DNA of 63,741 bases, counting the filler, from Intoshia linei (lineage: Eukaryota > Animalia > Orthonectida), in the NCBI GenBank assembly GCA_001642005.1. It is 7 parts of 7 records of this genome, joined end to end, with 100 filler letters (N's around TTAATTAATTAA, not from the genome) between each part and the next. Parts side by side here need not be neighbours in the genome. Positions count along the whole stretch, not along the records: positions 1 to 29,267 come from LWCA01000387.1; 6 more parts are not named here. The stretch is one strand, 5' to 3'. Shown one piece after another: positions 1-13,455 of the stretch. Under the pieces are notes generated by a model. That model was not told the origin of the DNA and searched no databases. It worked only from the letters and a program-made list of their open reading frames with translations. The translations under genes were made by a program, and so were the position numbers. The first letter of the stretch is position 1, and each line of letters starts with the position of its first letter.

Positions 1-865
1 TCACTGAAAATTTGTATTTCAGGGGTCTGCTTATAATCGAGAAAAGACAGTAGAAATAGTTTTACCAACCCTTTAGGGAAAATTGACATTTTACCAAGCT
101 TAAAAAGTAAAATCCGGTTTTACTTACGCTAAAAATGGTTTTATTTTTTTTGGTTTGGATTGAAATTTTTTTCTTATAGCCTTTTATGTAAAATCGTAAG
201 TAGGGATTTTTAACGAAATTGCTTGAAATCTTATGTTTTATTAAATATTATTAATGGTGGGATATTTAAAATTATAATTTAGCGGTCGTCTAGTCTGGGA
301 TAAATTCCCAACATCTGGTAACTCTTCAATAATGTATTTTACAAAAATAAACTAATTTTTTAATTATTATTAGCAATTGCTGGTAATAAAACCAGAAATT
401 CTGGTACTAATACCAACACGTGTTGGTAACACATATTCCTATTAGTCGATCCATTCTTTGCTTCGCTAGTCGGTGTAACATGTAAACATGTAATACTCAA
501 ATACGTGGCGGGCCGCATTATTTTGAAACATTTTTAGGCAGGACGCATCATAAAAACTTTTAACGCATTTTTTAAATTATACTATGAATTTTTACTATGA
601 ATCGATATCATTGTCAAATACACATTGTGTATTTGAACGTTACGTTAAATCAGATAATCGAAAACGAATGTGTTTATAGTTCGAGCCTCCATGGTTTTTT
701 AAGATTTTTTAGTTCAATATGCTCTTATAATGAACAGAAATTTAAAATTACAAATGTTGTTCACTTTACGGGTGTAGCACTGTATTAATTAATATTTTTA
801 AATATTTACGTATTGTATAAATTATAATTGTATATATAAAGTAACTCCATTTTTTGATAAAATGT

Positions 866-2910
866 TTAATTTCTAACAATTTTTGAAAATAATACTCTCG
901 ATAGAAAAAACAGAAAAATATATACTAAAAAGCAAACAACTATAATGTAAGATAATTTAAGTAATTTTCTTTTTTTTACTTTATTTGATGATGGGTTAAA
1001 GAGTTTTTTAAATATATTTTTCATTTTATCACATGATATATCATTTTGAGTTGCTTCTATTTTTGTATTGATATTAAAGCAATATAAATAGTAATAATCG
1101 TCATTGTAGATATGTTCATATCCTCGAGTATCTATTAATATAGTATTATTTTCAAAACAGAATAAGTGCATTTCGTTAATATGGGTATCAGATTCACACA
1201 TTTTATTTTTTTTGTTTCTTTGATAATTGTGAGCACATACAAAATCGGTAAATCTGCACTGAACCAAGAAATTTCGCCTTGCCTTTAAAACTTTATAATT
1301 TTGTAAACACAGTGGTGATTTGTTTACCGTATAATTGGATTGATATACAATTAAACCATTCCCAACTGTTTTATAATCTTTTAAAGATTCCTTGCAGTCT
1401 TTTATTACCGCATTTGTTTTTGCCATGTAATATGTTAAATTTGGGAATATTAGAGTTAAATGTAATTTGTTATCAAGGTTGTAAAAAAGAAAACCTTTTT
1501 CGATAGGTAATTTTTTAAAAATTTTTACAATGTGCCATGAATGTCCACCATCAAAACTTAACCACATATTGTTGTAATTAAATATGGTGAATAATGTAAA
1601 CCGTGTGGAATTTACAAAAGAATTTATCCACATATTTTCGTTATTAATTACAATCGTTTTTAAAGTTGGTTCATCAAAAGGTTTTACCCACTTATCTGTT
1701 CCAAAATTCACATATACTATACTATTTTCATTAAACGGTATTGATTCACGGACAATGCTGAATTCGTAAATTAAATTTTGTTCATTATAATTTGTGAAAC
1801 TTTTTAAACAAATCAGTTTATCATGTATTTCAAATGGTTGAAATATGTCACCATTATCATAAGATATATAGTTGATACAACCAAAACTTATGATTACAAT
1901 TGATATAAAAGGATGTATAATTGTGTAAATTTTACATTTTGCTTGTATATTGATTGGAAACTTTATATTTTTAAATTTTGTATAAGATGTATCACTTATA
2001 TAAATTTCACGCTGATTCTTTACTTTCCATTTTATATTTAGAAAAAAATAAGAAATTATATTCTAAAAAAATTATTTAGTTTTATCTATTTAAATAATAT
2101 ACATGTTTATAGATATTTAAATAAACATATTACCGTTGTTTGTATAATAATTCTTTTTCTTATTAATTTGTATACCTCAAAATTAAATGCTTTCGAGTGC
2201 AGTAATTTATCGTTTACTCCTCGAAAATTTTTAATTTTTTGAAACTTTTCGCCTTTTTTAATAATTTTGTTATGATTTACTGTTTCTATTATCATTAAGT
2301 TTCTTGTATAAAAATTAAGATATTTAATACTTTTTACATTGAGGAAAATAATTTTTAATTGGTTTATTTTTACATCAAACATGTATAATTTGGAATACGA
2401 CTTTATGTAAACTTGATTTGATTTATCAGTCCAAAATATACTGTAAATTTTTGGAATGTTTCGATAAAATTGTTTGACTAATTTGTTGTAGATATAATAC
2501 ATGTATTTTGTATTATATAAAATTGTTGCATTTATGTGATTAAGACATGGCGCAGATTTTCTAATACCGAGTATATTTTCATATTTTGTTTCAAAATAAT
2601 CTACAAACCCATTGGCGTATTTTACAACAAGTACATATTTTTCTTCGGTAGATGAGCTGAATATTAGATATTCATCTTTTTTATATAAAATAGGTTTTGA
2701 TCCGTTTTGTGGGTATTGTGATTTAACAACCAATACTGATTTTTCAAATTTAACTATATCTATATTTTCTCCTATTTTAAGTGCAAATATGTTGACTACT
2801 TTGTAGATTGTAGCCGTTTTTGTATAACCGGCACTTTTTATTGTTTTTTCAATGTTAATTTCACAATATGCATAGCAAATCAGTAGAATATAAGTTATTT
2901 CAAATTTCAT
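866..2910 (-). CDS. Sortilin/VPS10-domain-like type I membrane receptor (~657 aa, 2 exons: 2910-2134, 2062-866)
   Basis: Signal peptide MKFEITYILLICYAYC. A 71-nt GT-AG phase-0 intron (2133-2063) joins ORF 2107-2910 to the frame of ORF 866-1711. Asp-box-like motifs SYDNGDIF and SFDGGHSW, Cys-rich 10CC-like region (CLQNYK...QCRFTDFVCAHNYQR...MCE), C-terminal TM helix. Confidence 0.7.
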
Positions 2911-3277
2911 GTTTTAATTTTATTTAAAGGATTATTTCATTTAGATTAGATGTACCCTTTGAGCATTTCATTTGTAATTTATTTACGATTATGTAAATAT
3001 TACATATTTACGTTGGTAATATCCATTAAAGTTTTTAATACGCTTATTTTGTAGTCGTCTAATATCTATTGCAGTTTACTGTATTTGAAAAAATTAAATT
3101 TTTTTAGATTTTTGAGGTCGGAGTTAGAACGTTAAAAGTTAATTAATAATGGTCAGAAGCATTAAATTATAACAATTATCGAATTTAAGGTGATGGAGAA
3201 TTTTTATTATCTATTTGTATTTACATGTCTTGTGTCTAATTTTCACGTAACGAAACGCTTTTGTAATAATCCATGAA

Positions 3278-3698
3278 CTAGACCCTACGACGTAGGGTGA
3301 ATTTGTTGTTAACTATTTTGTATTACAATATCCCTATATCCAGTGGGCATTATTCACACATCATATGTATTAAATGTATTATGTATTTCGTGGCTTGTAA
3401 AGAGATACCGTGTAATTAAAAAAAACGAAAATTAGTTGTAAACCCTGTAATAATCTTTTGCATTTTTAATAGTTTTTTATTAGTATGTTAAATTCTTCAA
3501 TTTTTAATCAAAAAAATTACAAAATTACTCGCAAAGTTTTGAAATTTTTTATAATGCAACAGTTTCAATGTGCAACACATTTGCGACATATTTTGATGTA
3601 CATATCACAACATAAACAACCTACTTGGTTGGAATTATAATATTAAAAGTTACTGATATGAATTTCAGTTTGACGAATTGAAATGTAAATGGTATAGA
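3278..3698 (-). mobile_element. Non-autonomous Helitron-like element (family B)
   Basis: Minus strand starts A|TCTATAC at 3698 and ends with hairpin ACCCTACG-T-CGTAGGGT followed by CTAG|T at 3278. Pairing of these two ends is inferred. Confidence 0.5.
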
Positions 3699-5213
3699 TG
3701 ATTTTTTAGGGAAAATTATTTCTAAAATTTAATTGAGTATGATGGGCTATAAATATTGAAAACCCTTGATATGTGGAGAAAGGAAATTTTTAAAAGTCGT
3801 ATATTAAAGAATTTATTACAAATTGTTAAATTTGAGAATATTTTTCTTTGTAGTAATTAATAAATTTTCCATAAAATTAATAAAATGTGTATTTAATGTA
3901 TAAGGTTATTATATTATGCTAGATATATTTTTGTTATTTTTTTTTTGAGAATGTTCTCTATATTCAGTTTTTAAACTTGTTAAAATGTAAATAATCTTTT
4001 AATGTCCATGTTTAATAAATATTGTTTATATTATCATCAGGTATTTATATTATGAGTACAGTATTTATAAATCTGGACAAAATTTAAAACCATAATTCCA
4101 AGTTTTAATTTTCTAAGCTAACAAATTTATACATTTTGACTGATTGTCAAATTTAGTTATTCGATCCAATTCCAAAAATACGAATCGACTGGAAATTTTT
4201 ACTTTGCCGTATACTATCGTCAAATAAGCCATATACTGATACACATTGACCTAATTTTTGTGCATTAATACTATAGGTTTTAATGTATTTGTTATTTAAT
4301 AAATACTTGTTTAGTATTAATAAATTTTAATAATTTAGTTGAAAATTAAATACAATTGTGAATGTTTATATCTTTGAAGTTTTAGATCAAAGAAAAACTA
4401 TTATAGAATGTATTCATTATTAGAATCTACATAAAAATAACACCTACATATTATCTAAAGAATTATTAAATATTAGCTCATATAATATAATTATATTATA
4501 ATCCAATAAAAAGTGCAATTTTTAATTAAAATTTATTTGTCAACTTTTCACACGTAATAATAAAATATTAGAATTTGTTAATAATTGAGTTGAAAATTAA
4601 ACTCTACTACAATGAAGATAATTTGTATGTAGTTAATTTTCAGATTTTTTTTGGTCATCCAATATTAATGTCAAAGATATTATTGCAAACTGATTAATAA
4701 TGAATATGTTGTAATGAATTAATTGATAATTATGATTATTTATATTACAAGTTAATTCTAGCGAATTTGTGCTACTGATTAAAAAATGCAAGTTAAAGAT
4801 TTGGCGGTTACACTTGGATAATTTTTTTTACTTTATACATTTGATTGATTTATTTGTCAGACAGCAAAAATTTATATCGTATTTCAAAATGTGAATCGCC
4901 TATTCTATTACATCAAAGCATTATATATAACATGATACCACGGCCTTATATATTATACTAATACACATAATTAATAATCAATACATACTTATTTTAATGT
5001 ACGAGTATTTCGATCATATGTTATTAATATATAACGTTAAAGTATTTTATTGTTTGCGCTAATGGCTAAACTAATTGTTCATAATTTTCTTTTTAATTTA
5101 CAACATAGGGGTGACAATAATTATTTATTATTATTATTATAAAAAACTGTGATTTATTACTCATACTCACAATTAGAAAAATTTTGCAAATTGAACTTTA
5201 AAATTGATAAATA

Positions 5214-6161
5214 ATGAAGAATATGATATTTAGGAAAGAAAAATCAATTATGATGTATGAATCAAATATTTTGGAACAGGTTATACTTGGAAACGTGGAT
5301 GCGGTTAACAGAACAATAAATGAAGAAGATGGAAGAAGTTGGAACAAAACTGATGTATTAGGTCTGAATCTTTTGCAACACGCTACAGTGAAAGGAAATT
5401 GTAAAATGATAAAATGCTTGTTAGATAAAAAGTTAAATCCTAATTCTATTGATAAATGTTACAAAAATACGCCACTACACGAAGCTGTAAAAAATGGATA
5501 TAGTCAAACTGTGAATTTATTACTTGAATTTGGTGCAAATGTAAATTTTCCAAATAAAATGGGCATGCGACCATTACATTTATCTGCGCAAAAAGGTCAC
5601 AGTCAATGTTGTCGAAATTTAATAAAATTTGGAGCTAATACAAATCTAGTCAATATTTACAAAGACACATCTTTGCACATTGCATCAAAACATAATCATT
5701 CTACAATAGTTAAAATATTATTAACAGCCGGATCTCAAATTAATGCTCAAAATAAGAATGGAGACACAGCATTACATTTTGCTGTAACATTGCTGCATTC
5801 AAAAATAGTGACAATTCTTTTACAAAATGGAGCAAATGAAAATATTAAAAATAAACAAAAAATATCACCTTTGCAAATTGCAATTTCTATGGGAAATGAA
5901 AAGCTGATGAGACCTCCAGGGTTTGAAATAGACATAGAACCTGTACATATTAAAAAACAATGTTTGATTCCTTTGTCCTATCTGAATATAACCAAAAAGT
6001 TGAAAAGTAATCGTTTATCCAAGAATATCCGCGTAATATTTAATTTAAAAAAGTTTAAACCCAAAATTTTCAAAAAAAATAAGAAATTATATTCTGTCAA
6101 GTGCATAAAACCTTTCATACCGTTAAATGCTTTTAATGTATCAAATTGTGTTGTGATTTAA
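5214..6161 (+). CDS. Ankyrin-repeat protein, ANKRD6/Diversin/Diego-like (ankyrin region only, intronless)
   Basis: About 6 ankyrin repeats (NTPLHEAVKNGYSQTV, PLHLSAQKGHSQCC, DTSLHIASKHNH, GDTALHFAV) whose order resembles ANKRD6 (LHEASWHGFSQS, LHLACQNSHSQS). AATAAA at 6164-6169. Confidence 0.75.
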   Translation: MKNMIFRKEKSIMMYESNILEQVILGNVDAVNRTINEEDGRSWNKTDVLGLNLLQHATVKGNCKMIKCLLDKKLNPNSIDKCYKNTPLHEAVKNGYSQTVNLLLEFGANVNFPNKMGMRPLHLSAQKGHSQCCRNLIKFGANTNLVNIYKDTSLHIASKHNHSTIVKILLTAGSQINAQNKNGDTALHFAVTLLHSKIVTILLQNGANENIKNKQKISPLQIAISMGNEKLMRPPGFEIDIEPVHIKKQCLIPLSYLNITKKLKSNRLSKNIRVIFNLKKFKPKIFKKNKKLYSVKCIKPFIPLNAFNVSNCVVI

Positions 6162-6209
6162 TTAATAAATGTTATTCATATTAATTTATTTAAAATATCA
6201 ATTAGTGAA

Positions 6210-9200
6210 TTATACATTTCTGGTATTTATTAAATTATTTTTGTGAATTCTGCATGGTAAAGTTCCAGTTTTGTTATTGTAAAGTTGAAGTCTACATTTA
6301 TCATTTATTGTGTATGGCTGATATGTGCTATGCATTGTTGGGACACTATATGTGGGTATAATCATTCTGGGTTTTTCAACATTGTGATATTTTTGAACCG
6401 TAGATATATATTTTTGATTAAGTTTTTTCTTTTTATTGTTCCTTTGTCGTTTCAAACAAAATAATATTATTATTGCCAATAATATTATCAACAGTAATAA
6501 AGCCAATATTGAAATAATGAGTATTGGGAGTTTAGGAGGTTTTTTATCAACTATAATGCTTCTTGCGTGTTGATCAGTACACCTATCTCCCTTGTACAAT
6601 ATTTCCATTCCTTTTATAATCACATATTCCATGGAACAATAACAGATGTATTCACCTTTTATTTCTTTACATTCTCCTCTATTTAAACATTCCAAGTTTT
6701 TGTCATTGTAACAATTTTTTTCAACTAATTAATATTATTATAATAAACATAATATATTAACTAGCTTGATAGTTTGGTACTTCGTAAAAACAGCAGCTAG
6801 GTCTCAGAGTGTAGACTTTTAAATTTTATCAAAAAAGTGTATATAAAATGAAAAAAACATGTATTAACTATTACCAATTTTGTCAACGAGTGGGTTCTAA
6901 GTGTGTCAAGACAGTATTTAAACATTAGGATCGTTAATTATATCAAATTTTTTTATATTGTAGAATCAATAATTACATTTTTAATTTTAATTCAAAAATT
7001 TAAAAAATATGGGTTGATAATATATTAAAACTTATTTTTCACCTGGAATGCTTAGATTTTTGGAGTTGAAATTTTTCATCTATATCAACTGGAATAAGCT
7101 GTTTCTGAAGAACTTTTTTTTAATTGTAGATCCGTTAATTATAATTAGATCAAATTTTTTGATTTACAATTATTTTAAATATTTTGTATTAATAACTATT
7201 AATTACACTGCGTTAATAATGTAGTTTCCCAATAAAAAAAATTAATAATAAAGTGCATTTTGGACCATGAATTTTTTTTGTGGGCTAACTCGATATAACT
7301 GCATTAGCTGTCATTTTGTGTAAAATTCTAGAACTTTTTTCATTTTATAAAAAAAAAGGAATAATTTGTTGTTAAAACTTATGCCTCTTACTTTTTTAAA
7401 TAGACTAAACAAACAGATAAATAAATAAAAACATACATTTTAACTAAATTACTTTATTAAATAAGGATTGTATATTATTAAAATATTACTTTTTATCGTA
7501 GTATCTACTGTTTTTAACGTTGTCGTTGTTGATGTGTAAGGTACAGTTGTTGCAGGCTAAAAATTATATTTAAAACTATGCATATTTAATGATTACCCCG
7601 TCGTAAGGAAATCGTATATACATACCAGTGGGATGAGCCGAGCAATGATTATCCGGGTCTATGGATATACTCACAACAAAAAATTTGTCATTGTTAGATG
7701 ATTTCAGTGATATTACAGTGTCGAAATGTTTAGATACATCATTATTATCAATTTTTTTAGAATTTATATTAACGGTGACAATTGAAGATACACTTGACAA
7801 AAAGTTTTTAGAATTCGTACAATTTCTATCAATAATCGAATAATTGCCATCATCCATTAAATGATTATTAGTGTAATAACAGTTTAGATCTATGTGTGGT
7901 GGAGAGTAATTATCGGGACACGTAGGCAAGCATTTCTTTTTAAAATCATCGAGTGTTTTTTTCGAGAAAGTATAAATGCTAATAAATTGGTGTATATTTG
8001 ATAATACATCTGGAGGATATGATGTCATGTGAGAGGATGTCCATTGTTCAATTGGAGCAATTAACACAGAAGAAAATCGAAATTTGTCGGGTTTAGAAGG
8101 TATCCATATTATATGTTGCATTATCATTATCGAATAAGAAGCTTCAATGTATATATATGTTTTTTCGGCCACATGGATAATGCACACAGAAATACCTTTT
8201 TTGATTGTTAGTCTTTTCCAACGAACCATCTTACCATTTACATTTTTATTATAAATGTCAACATCTACAGCTATTGATCCGTCAGTTGTAATCATAACAT
8301 CATATGATGTATAATCTAACTTATCCCACCCTTTTCCATATATTTCATTTTGATTTTCCAATTTTAACGATCCAACAGCATAATTTCTTCCCCATGCATA
8401 TAAAGGCAATGGTTGTGTTAACATTTCATCACTTGAACGTTCATCGATGTCTTTTTTCAATTTTAATCTGTAGTTACCAGAAATTAATATTATTGGTCTT
8501 AATGATACGATTAAAGTTCCAGATAATATACTGTCTGCTGTAATAAAAATCATATTTTTATCGTACAAATTAACTATGTATTCATCACCGTTTTCATATT
8601 TTCTACCATTAATATCTACAAATCGACCTTTTGGTAATGAAAATCTGATTTGTACAACATTGATTCCCGTATTTTCTTGCACATTTAGGTCATTTGATCC
8701 CAAATCAGTCGGTTTATTATTTACATTAGACAGCATCATAAAAGCCCTATCGTTTTTTACATTTATTACTTCTACGGTAGCAGCTACATTTCGGGTTCCA
8801 AGAGAATATGTTGGTAAAATTAAATACGATGCCGAACCCTCTGTACTATTTGTTGCTATACCGTATTTTGGTTTTGTTATTTTGTAAAATACAAGATTAA
8901 CAAAATGAGATGTATGTATATAAACTGTTTTTGCATTGTAAATACCACTTTTCTTAAAACTTTCACTCTTCATAAATGATGGTATTTTAAATGTATGAGA
9001 TCCTGGACCATTAAAAGATGAGACGAGTGTTTTTGATGCTTCATATTCATTCATCCAAACCTTTATATTAACAACTCCTCTCTGCATTGTAGTAAACTTG
9101 AGAAATCCATCACTAATCATATTGCTTTCTGTTTCGGATTGTGAAGATAAAATAACGGTAAAATATGAGCCCTCATTGGTACCATCATACTTAAAATAAT

Positions 9201-12200
9201 TTGAATATTTCAAATTCTGAAATTGAGCTTTTGGAGCAACTTCCAAAGGACTATGCCAGTCAGGATTATACTTTTTTTGTACATTTATTGTTTTTAAATT
9301 ATGAGCTATAGGTAACGAAAGATAATCTTTAGATATTACAGTATAATATACCATAAATTTGGTGCCATCTGATGAATATATTAAAACTAAACCGCTATTT
9401 TTATAATGGTATACCAATATTACTTCATTGTTTACATTTGTACGTATCCAATTTTGTTGCAAAAGAGGGTTATTAATTCCATTTGATTTTATGTAAATTT
9501 TTGGAATGTTTTTTTCACTTTTGCATACAATCACAAAGTTATTAGTTTTTGAGTAGGATTCAAATATGTAACTAGTTTTCCATTGTTCTGATGCAATAAT
9601 AGGTAACACTGACTTACTAAAAGAATGTCTAATTGGGCTACTAATTCCACCTCTTTTTTTAGGTTTGTATTCATCGTAACCTGCATTATGTTCAAATAAT
9701 ATAACTACAACGCTTGAATTCGTTTTAATTTGTACAATATCATTATTAATGTTCATTATAACTCTATAATGCATTCTTGATCCATCTATAACAAAATTAT
9801 AATTTGTTCGATTGTTATTTGTCATTATAACCATATTTCCTTTTGTTTTCAAAGAATTAGATACTATTAATATTTCATAAGTATTTTCAACCAGTGTTGA
9901 TTCTGAATGAAGTATACGGGGAGCAGGAAACAAAAATTCTTTACCCCAAGAACTCGTCGGATGATTTTGCAGAATTAACATTCTATTGACATATGAAGTG
10001 AAAAAACTTTTATATTCATCTGATCTTATTAAATTTCCACTTATTACTGCAATTTTGGTATTTTTTAGAGATTTTATTATTGTTCCAGTTAACTCTCGTA
10101 CGTTTTCGATATGAAATATTTCCCCTTTATTGAGTGAAATATTTATTACATCTCCACTTTCATATGTTCTTCCATTATGTAACATTGCAAACAATTCAAT
10201 TGTTGGAAATAGTACCGAAATTCTAGTCTTTTCAGTAGCTATAATTGTTATAAAACATATATTATTCCGTATTGTTTGAATCTTATAATTTGGCCAATCA
10301 GTTACTGCAACGTATCTATTGCTTAAACTTTCTACCGGCAATGCCAAATATCCTGAATTCCTTCTACATGGCATTACAGTTATACTTATGGGTTCATTAG
10401 CATTAATCCATATAGCTTTATTTCTTATTACTCCTTGTCCTTTAAGTAAATAGGATTTATCAAATTTTATAACATTTTCTGTGTCAAGTTCATAATATTC
10501 TAGATGGCTGTCATCTTTTACACCAACATATACTTTTATTTTTAACTTTACCTGACTTTTATTGTTTCTGTTAATTTGTAATTCCAAAAATGGCACATTG
10601 TCTCCAAAATAACAGTTTGATATTGGTACACTAATGACAAATTCTCTCCCTAAATGTAACAATATACTATATATATAATAAAAAATACTATAATTGAATG
10701 TGTAAAGATCAACTATAAATCATACAAGTGGCGTGTAGAACTAGATCTGGACCAGATTAAAATTACAGACCAGAGTGAAAATTATGCGGTCAGCGTTATA
10801 ATATATATTTTTACACATATTTCTTTTTTTTTCAGTTTTTTATATATTTTTCATGATTACAATTTCAACATTAGTTAGCACTTATTTTATTATTATTGTT
10901 TCATACATGATTTTTTTAATTAATCATTTATTGTAATCTAAATGTTTTCATAAACCGGTAAAATTGGGGTTTTTAAAATTTGAAGGAATTAATTATATAG
11001 ATTTTCACTAATATTTCTATATTGGAAATGTGTAGACGTTCAATGCACATTTTTTTTTAAATTGTAGGATAATATTTACATTTTCAATTTTTATTTTAAT
11101 CGAAATTTTTGAAAAATATGGGTTGATAATATGTTAACAATTATTTTATCCCGGGAATGTCTTGATTTGTGGAGTTGAAATTTTGTTTTTATTTTTGTTT
11201 TAAATGAAAAAAAAAAAGGTAATTTGGGGTTTTGAACCTGAAGATATATTATTTTTTTAATTTAAATTTATGATAATATTTATAATTTTAAAATCTGTAT
11301 CAGAGTGTATATTTTTTTAAATTCTCGAACTCGTTTGATTTTCTAAAAAAAAAAAATTGGGCTTTATGACCTGTAAGATGTGAGTTTGGGAGTTTCAAAT
11401 TTATCTTATTTTCACCCCGAAAAACTGTAATAGAAATGTAACTATAAAATTCCAAGACTGGTAGTTATTGAAATAAAAACAGACAAACAAAGCATATTAT
11501 ATAAGTAAGGACTAATTATAATTATAGGCCGAGTTCTAACACTTCAAATTGTGATATTTTTTAAGATCTAATAACTAGTCATTATCCCATATTATAGTTT
11601 TTATTTATAGTATTTATAAATGTTTTAATTTATAAAAAATATCAATCTAACCATAAGTAGATTCATTTATCGATTCATTTTCATTAATTTCATCGACCTC
11701 TTGTTCATTCATACCACTTTCCTATAAATTATTATAATTTTCAATATTTTTTATATAAAGGTATAAACAGGTGTGTAGTTTGACGGGTCATGAAGCTATT
11801 AAAACTAATTTTAATAAATATAAATTAAAAAAAATTATTTTATTTGCAGTTTTCCAATAAAAACTTTTTTTCCTGATATATAGAATATTAATTACATATT
11901 CGAAAGGATGAGAACAGAGTTCTCCAGCATACGATACAAGAGCCTTTGTAGCATTAGAATAGGCTGTAAAATATGACGAAAAACTTTCATCGGCTTCTAT
12001 TATGTAAAATTTGTTAGTATCGACTCTTATAGATACTGTGGACATTGAATCTTCCTGATGAGCATCTGTAATATAAGCAACGTCCGGATGCGTTAAAACG
12101 GGATTATTATTAATTTTTAATGAATTTAAATAATCCTTGTGGATGGTTGCAAAAATATAAGAAATGTGTTTAATGTCATGTGCTCCAGGAATGAGATAAA

Positions 12201-13455
12201 TATATGAATTAAGTAATTTTGATTTTGGTGGAATATTAATTGTATTAATCTGATCAACATACTTTATGAAATTATTTGATTGGACGTGTTGGTTCAATTT
12301 TCTTTGAAAAACCAGAGACACTAAAATATCTTTATCACTAAAAATTCGTACACCACTATAATCATCAAGTGGAACTATAGAAGGTTCAAATTTAATTTTT
12401 GTTGATATTTTGGTCGAAATGTGAATATTATATTCTCGCTTATTATCAGATACCTTCAACATTGTTTCTTCGTTTGTAATATGAGTTGTTACAACTTTAA
12501 CAAATACGTCATAACTTTGTAAGATACGTTCACTTATGGGTTTAAATACATAAAATTCACGTCCTGCCAATGTAGATTCAGATAAGAGTTGTTTTTTTTT
12601 AAGACAAGTAGTAGCTCTCCTATCCATGAAATTGGTCATATTAAATTGAACAAGTGTTAATAAATTGGAGGTAAATATTCCCACTGAACGATGTGATAAT
12701 ATCAATAAACCACTGGCATCGGCTCCATTTATAAATATTTCAATAAACGTAGATGGGTCCATAATTATAACTTCATTGTTCACTAATTTTGCCTTGTTAT
12801 ACATAAATTCTATTTCACTACCATATAAATCGTTTGGAAATGTAATTTTCACTCTATTAGTGGAGTTGTGAAGATTAACTATTTTTACTGAAAAACGTTC
12901 ATCTACCTGAGTCATTTGATCACCATCTCTTAACAAAGGCGTTTTAGTATTTTGCTGTCCCATAACTAATCTATAGGCAGTTCCAAAACTGGAAATTGGA
13001 TAGATTGGGTAAATATGTGTACACGGATATAATTTTTTATTTTCTATTTGAACGTGATAAATTAAAATAGGTTCCGATGTATGAATTAATATAATTCTAG
13101 AATTAAAATTGAGACTTTTAGCATTATTAATAGATAATGCACTTACAACGTCTGATACATAAATTTGTTGTTTTGATAAAGTATTTGCGTCCAAATTTTT
13201 GATATGTGATATTTTATGAGATTGTCCTGCTATACTAATTTTCACTTGGATTGTAATATTTGAATTTTTGTATGTGTTTTTGCGTTTTATGGTAAAATAA
13301 TTTTGCGAGGGTTCATCAAAAATATCCACATCCTCTAGAATAACAAAAAATTCTGTTCCAATATTTTTAGAGTCGGAACATTTACTTTGTCCTCTGACAA
13401 CCAAAATTGCAATCCCAAAAATAATCTTAAGCAGATCCCAATAACAATATTTCAT
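6210..13455 (-). CDS. Type-I membrane protein: 3x IgGFc-binding N-terminal (FCGBP-like) domains, Thr-rich stalk, EGF domain, TM, cytoplasmic tail (~1784 aa)
   Basis: Phase-compatible GT-AG exons 13455-11896, 11795-11769, 11721-11652, 10712-7597, 7556-7490, 6724-6210. Signal peptide from ATG 13455. Domain starts NIGTEFF, LGREFV, NEGSYFTV; motifs YLALPVESLSNRYV, LTGTIIKS..IAVISGN, QPLPLYAWGRNY; stalk PATTVPYTSTTTTLKT; six-Cys EGF C-x7-CLNRGEC-x8-CYC...GDRC; hydrophobic TM. The link between the first and second large exons via two small exons is inferred. Confidence 0.7.
6761..7468 (-). mobile_element. Helitron-like family A copy (degenerate), filling the last intron of the IgGFc/EGF gene
   Basis: 3' hairpin/CTAG end at 6761; internal segments similar to 11040-11180, 30370-30570 and 46170-46260; degenerate TCCTT 5' end near 7468. 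Confidence 0.55.
10960..11511 (-). mobile_element. Helitron-like family A, 5' portion
   Basis: 5' end TCCTTACTTATATAATATGC at 11511; shared blocks with 41520-41760 and 55520-55972. Confidence 0.65.

Noticed and set aside
6875-6896. Possible 22-nt micro-exon (NPLVDKI) in the IgGFc/EGF gene
   Set aside because: Lies inside Helitron-like repeat sequence, and the flanking exons are already phase-compatible without it.
7661-8887. Short antisense ORFs overlapping the large genes (also 1279, 1584, 2612, 5747, 12665, 32144, 45508)
   Set aside because: Shadow ORFs on the opposite strand of real coding exons.
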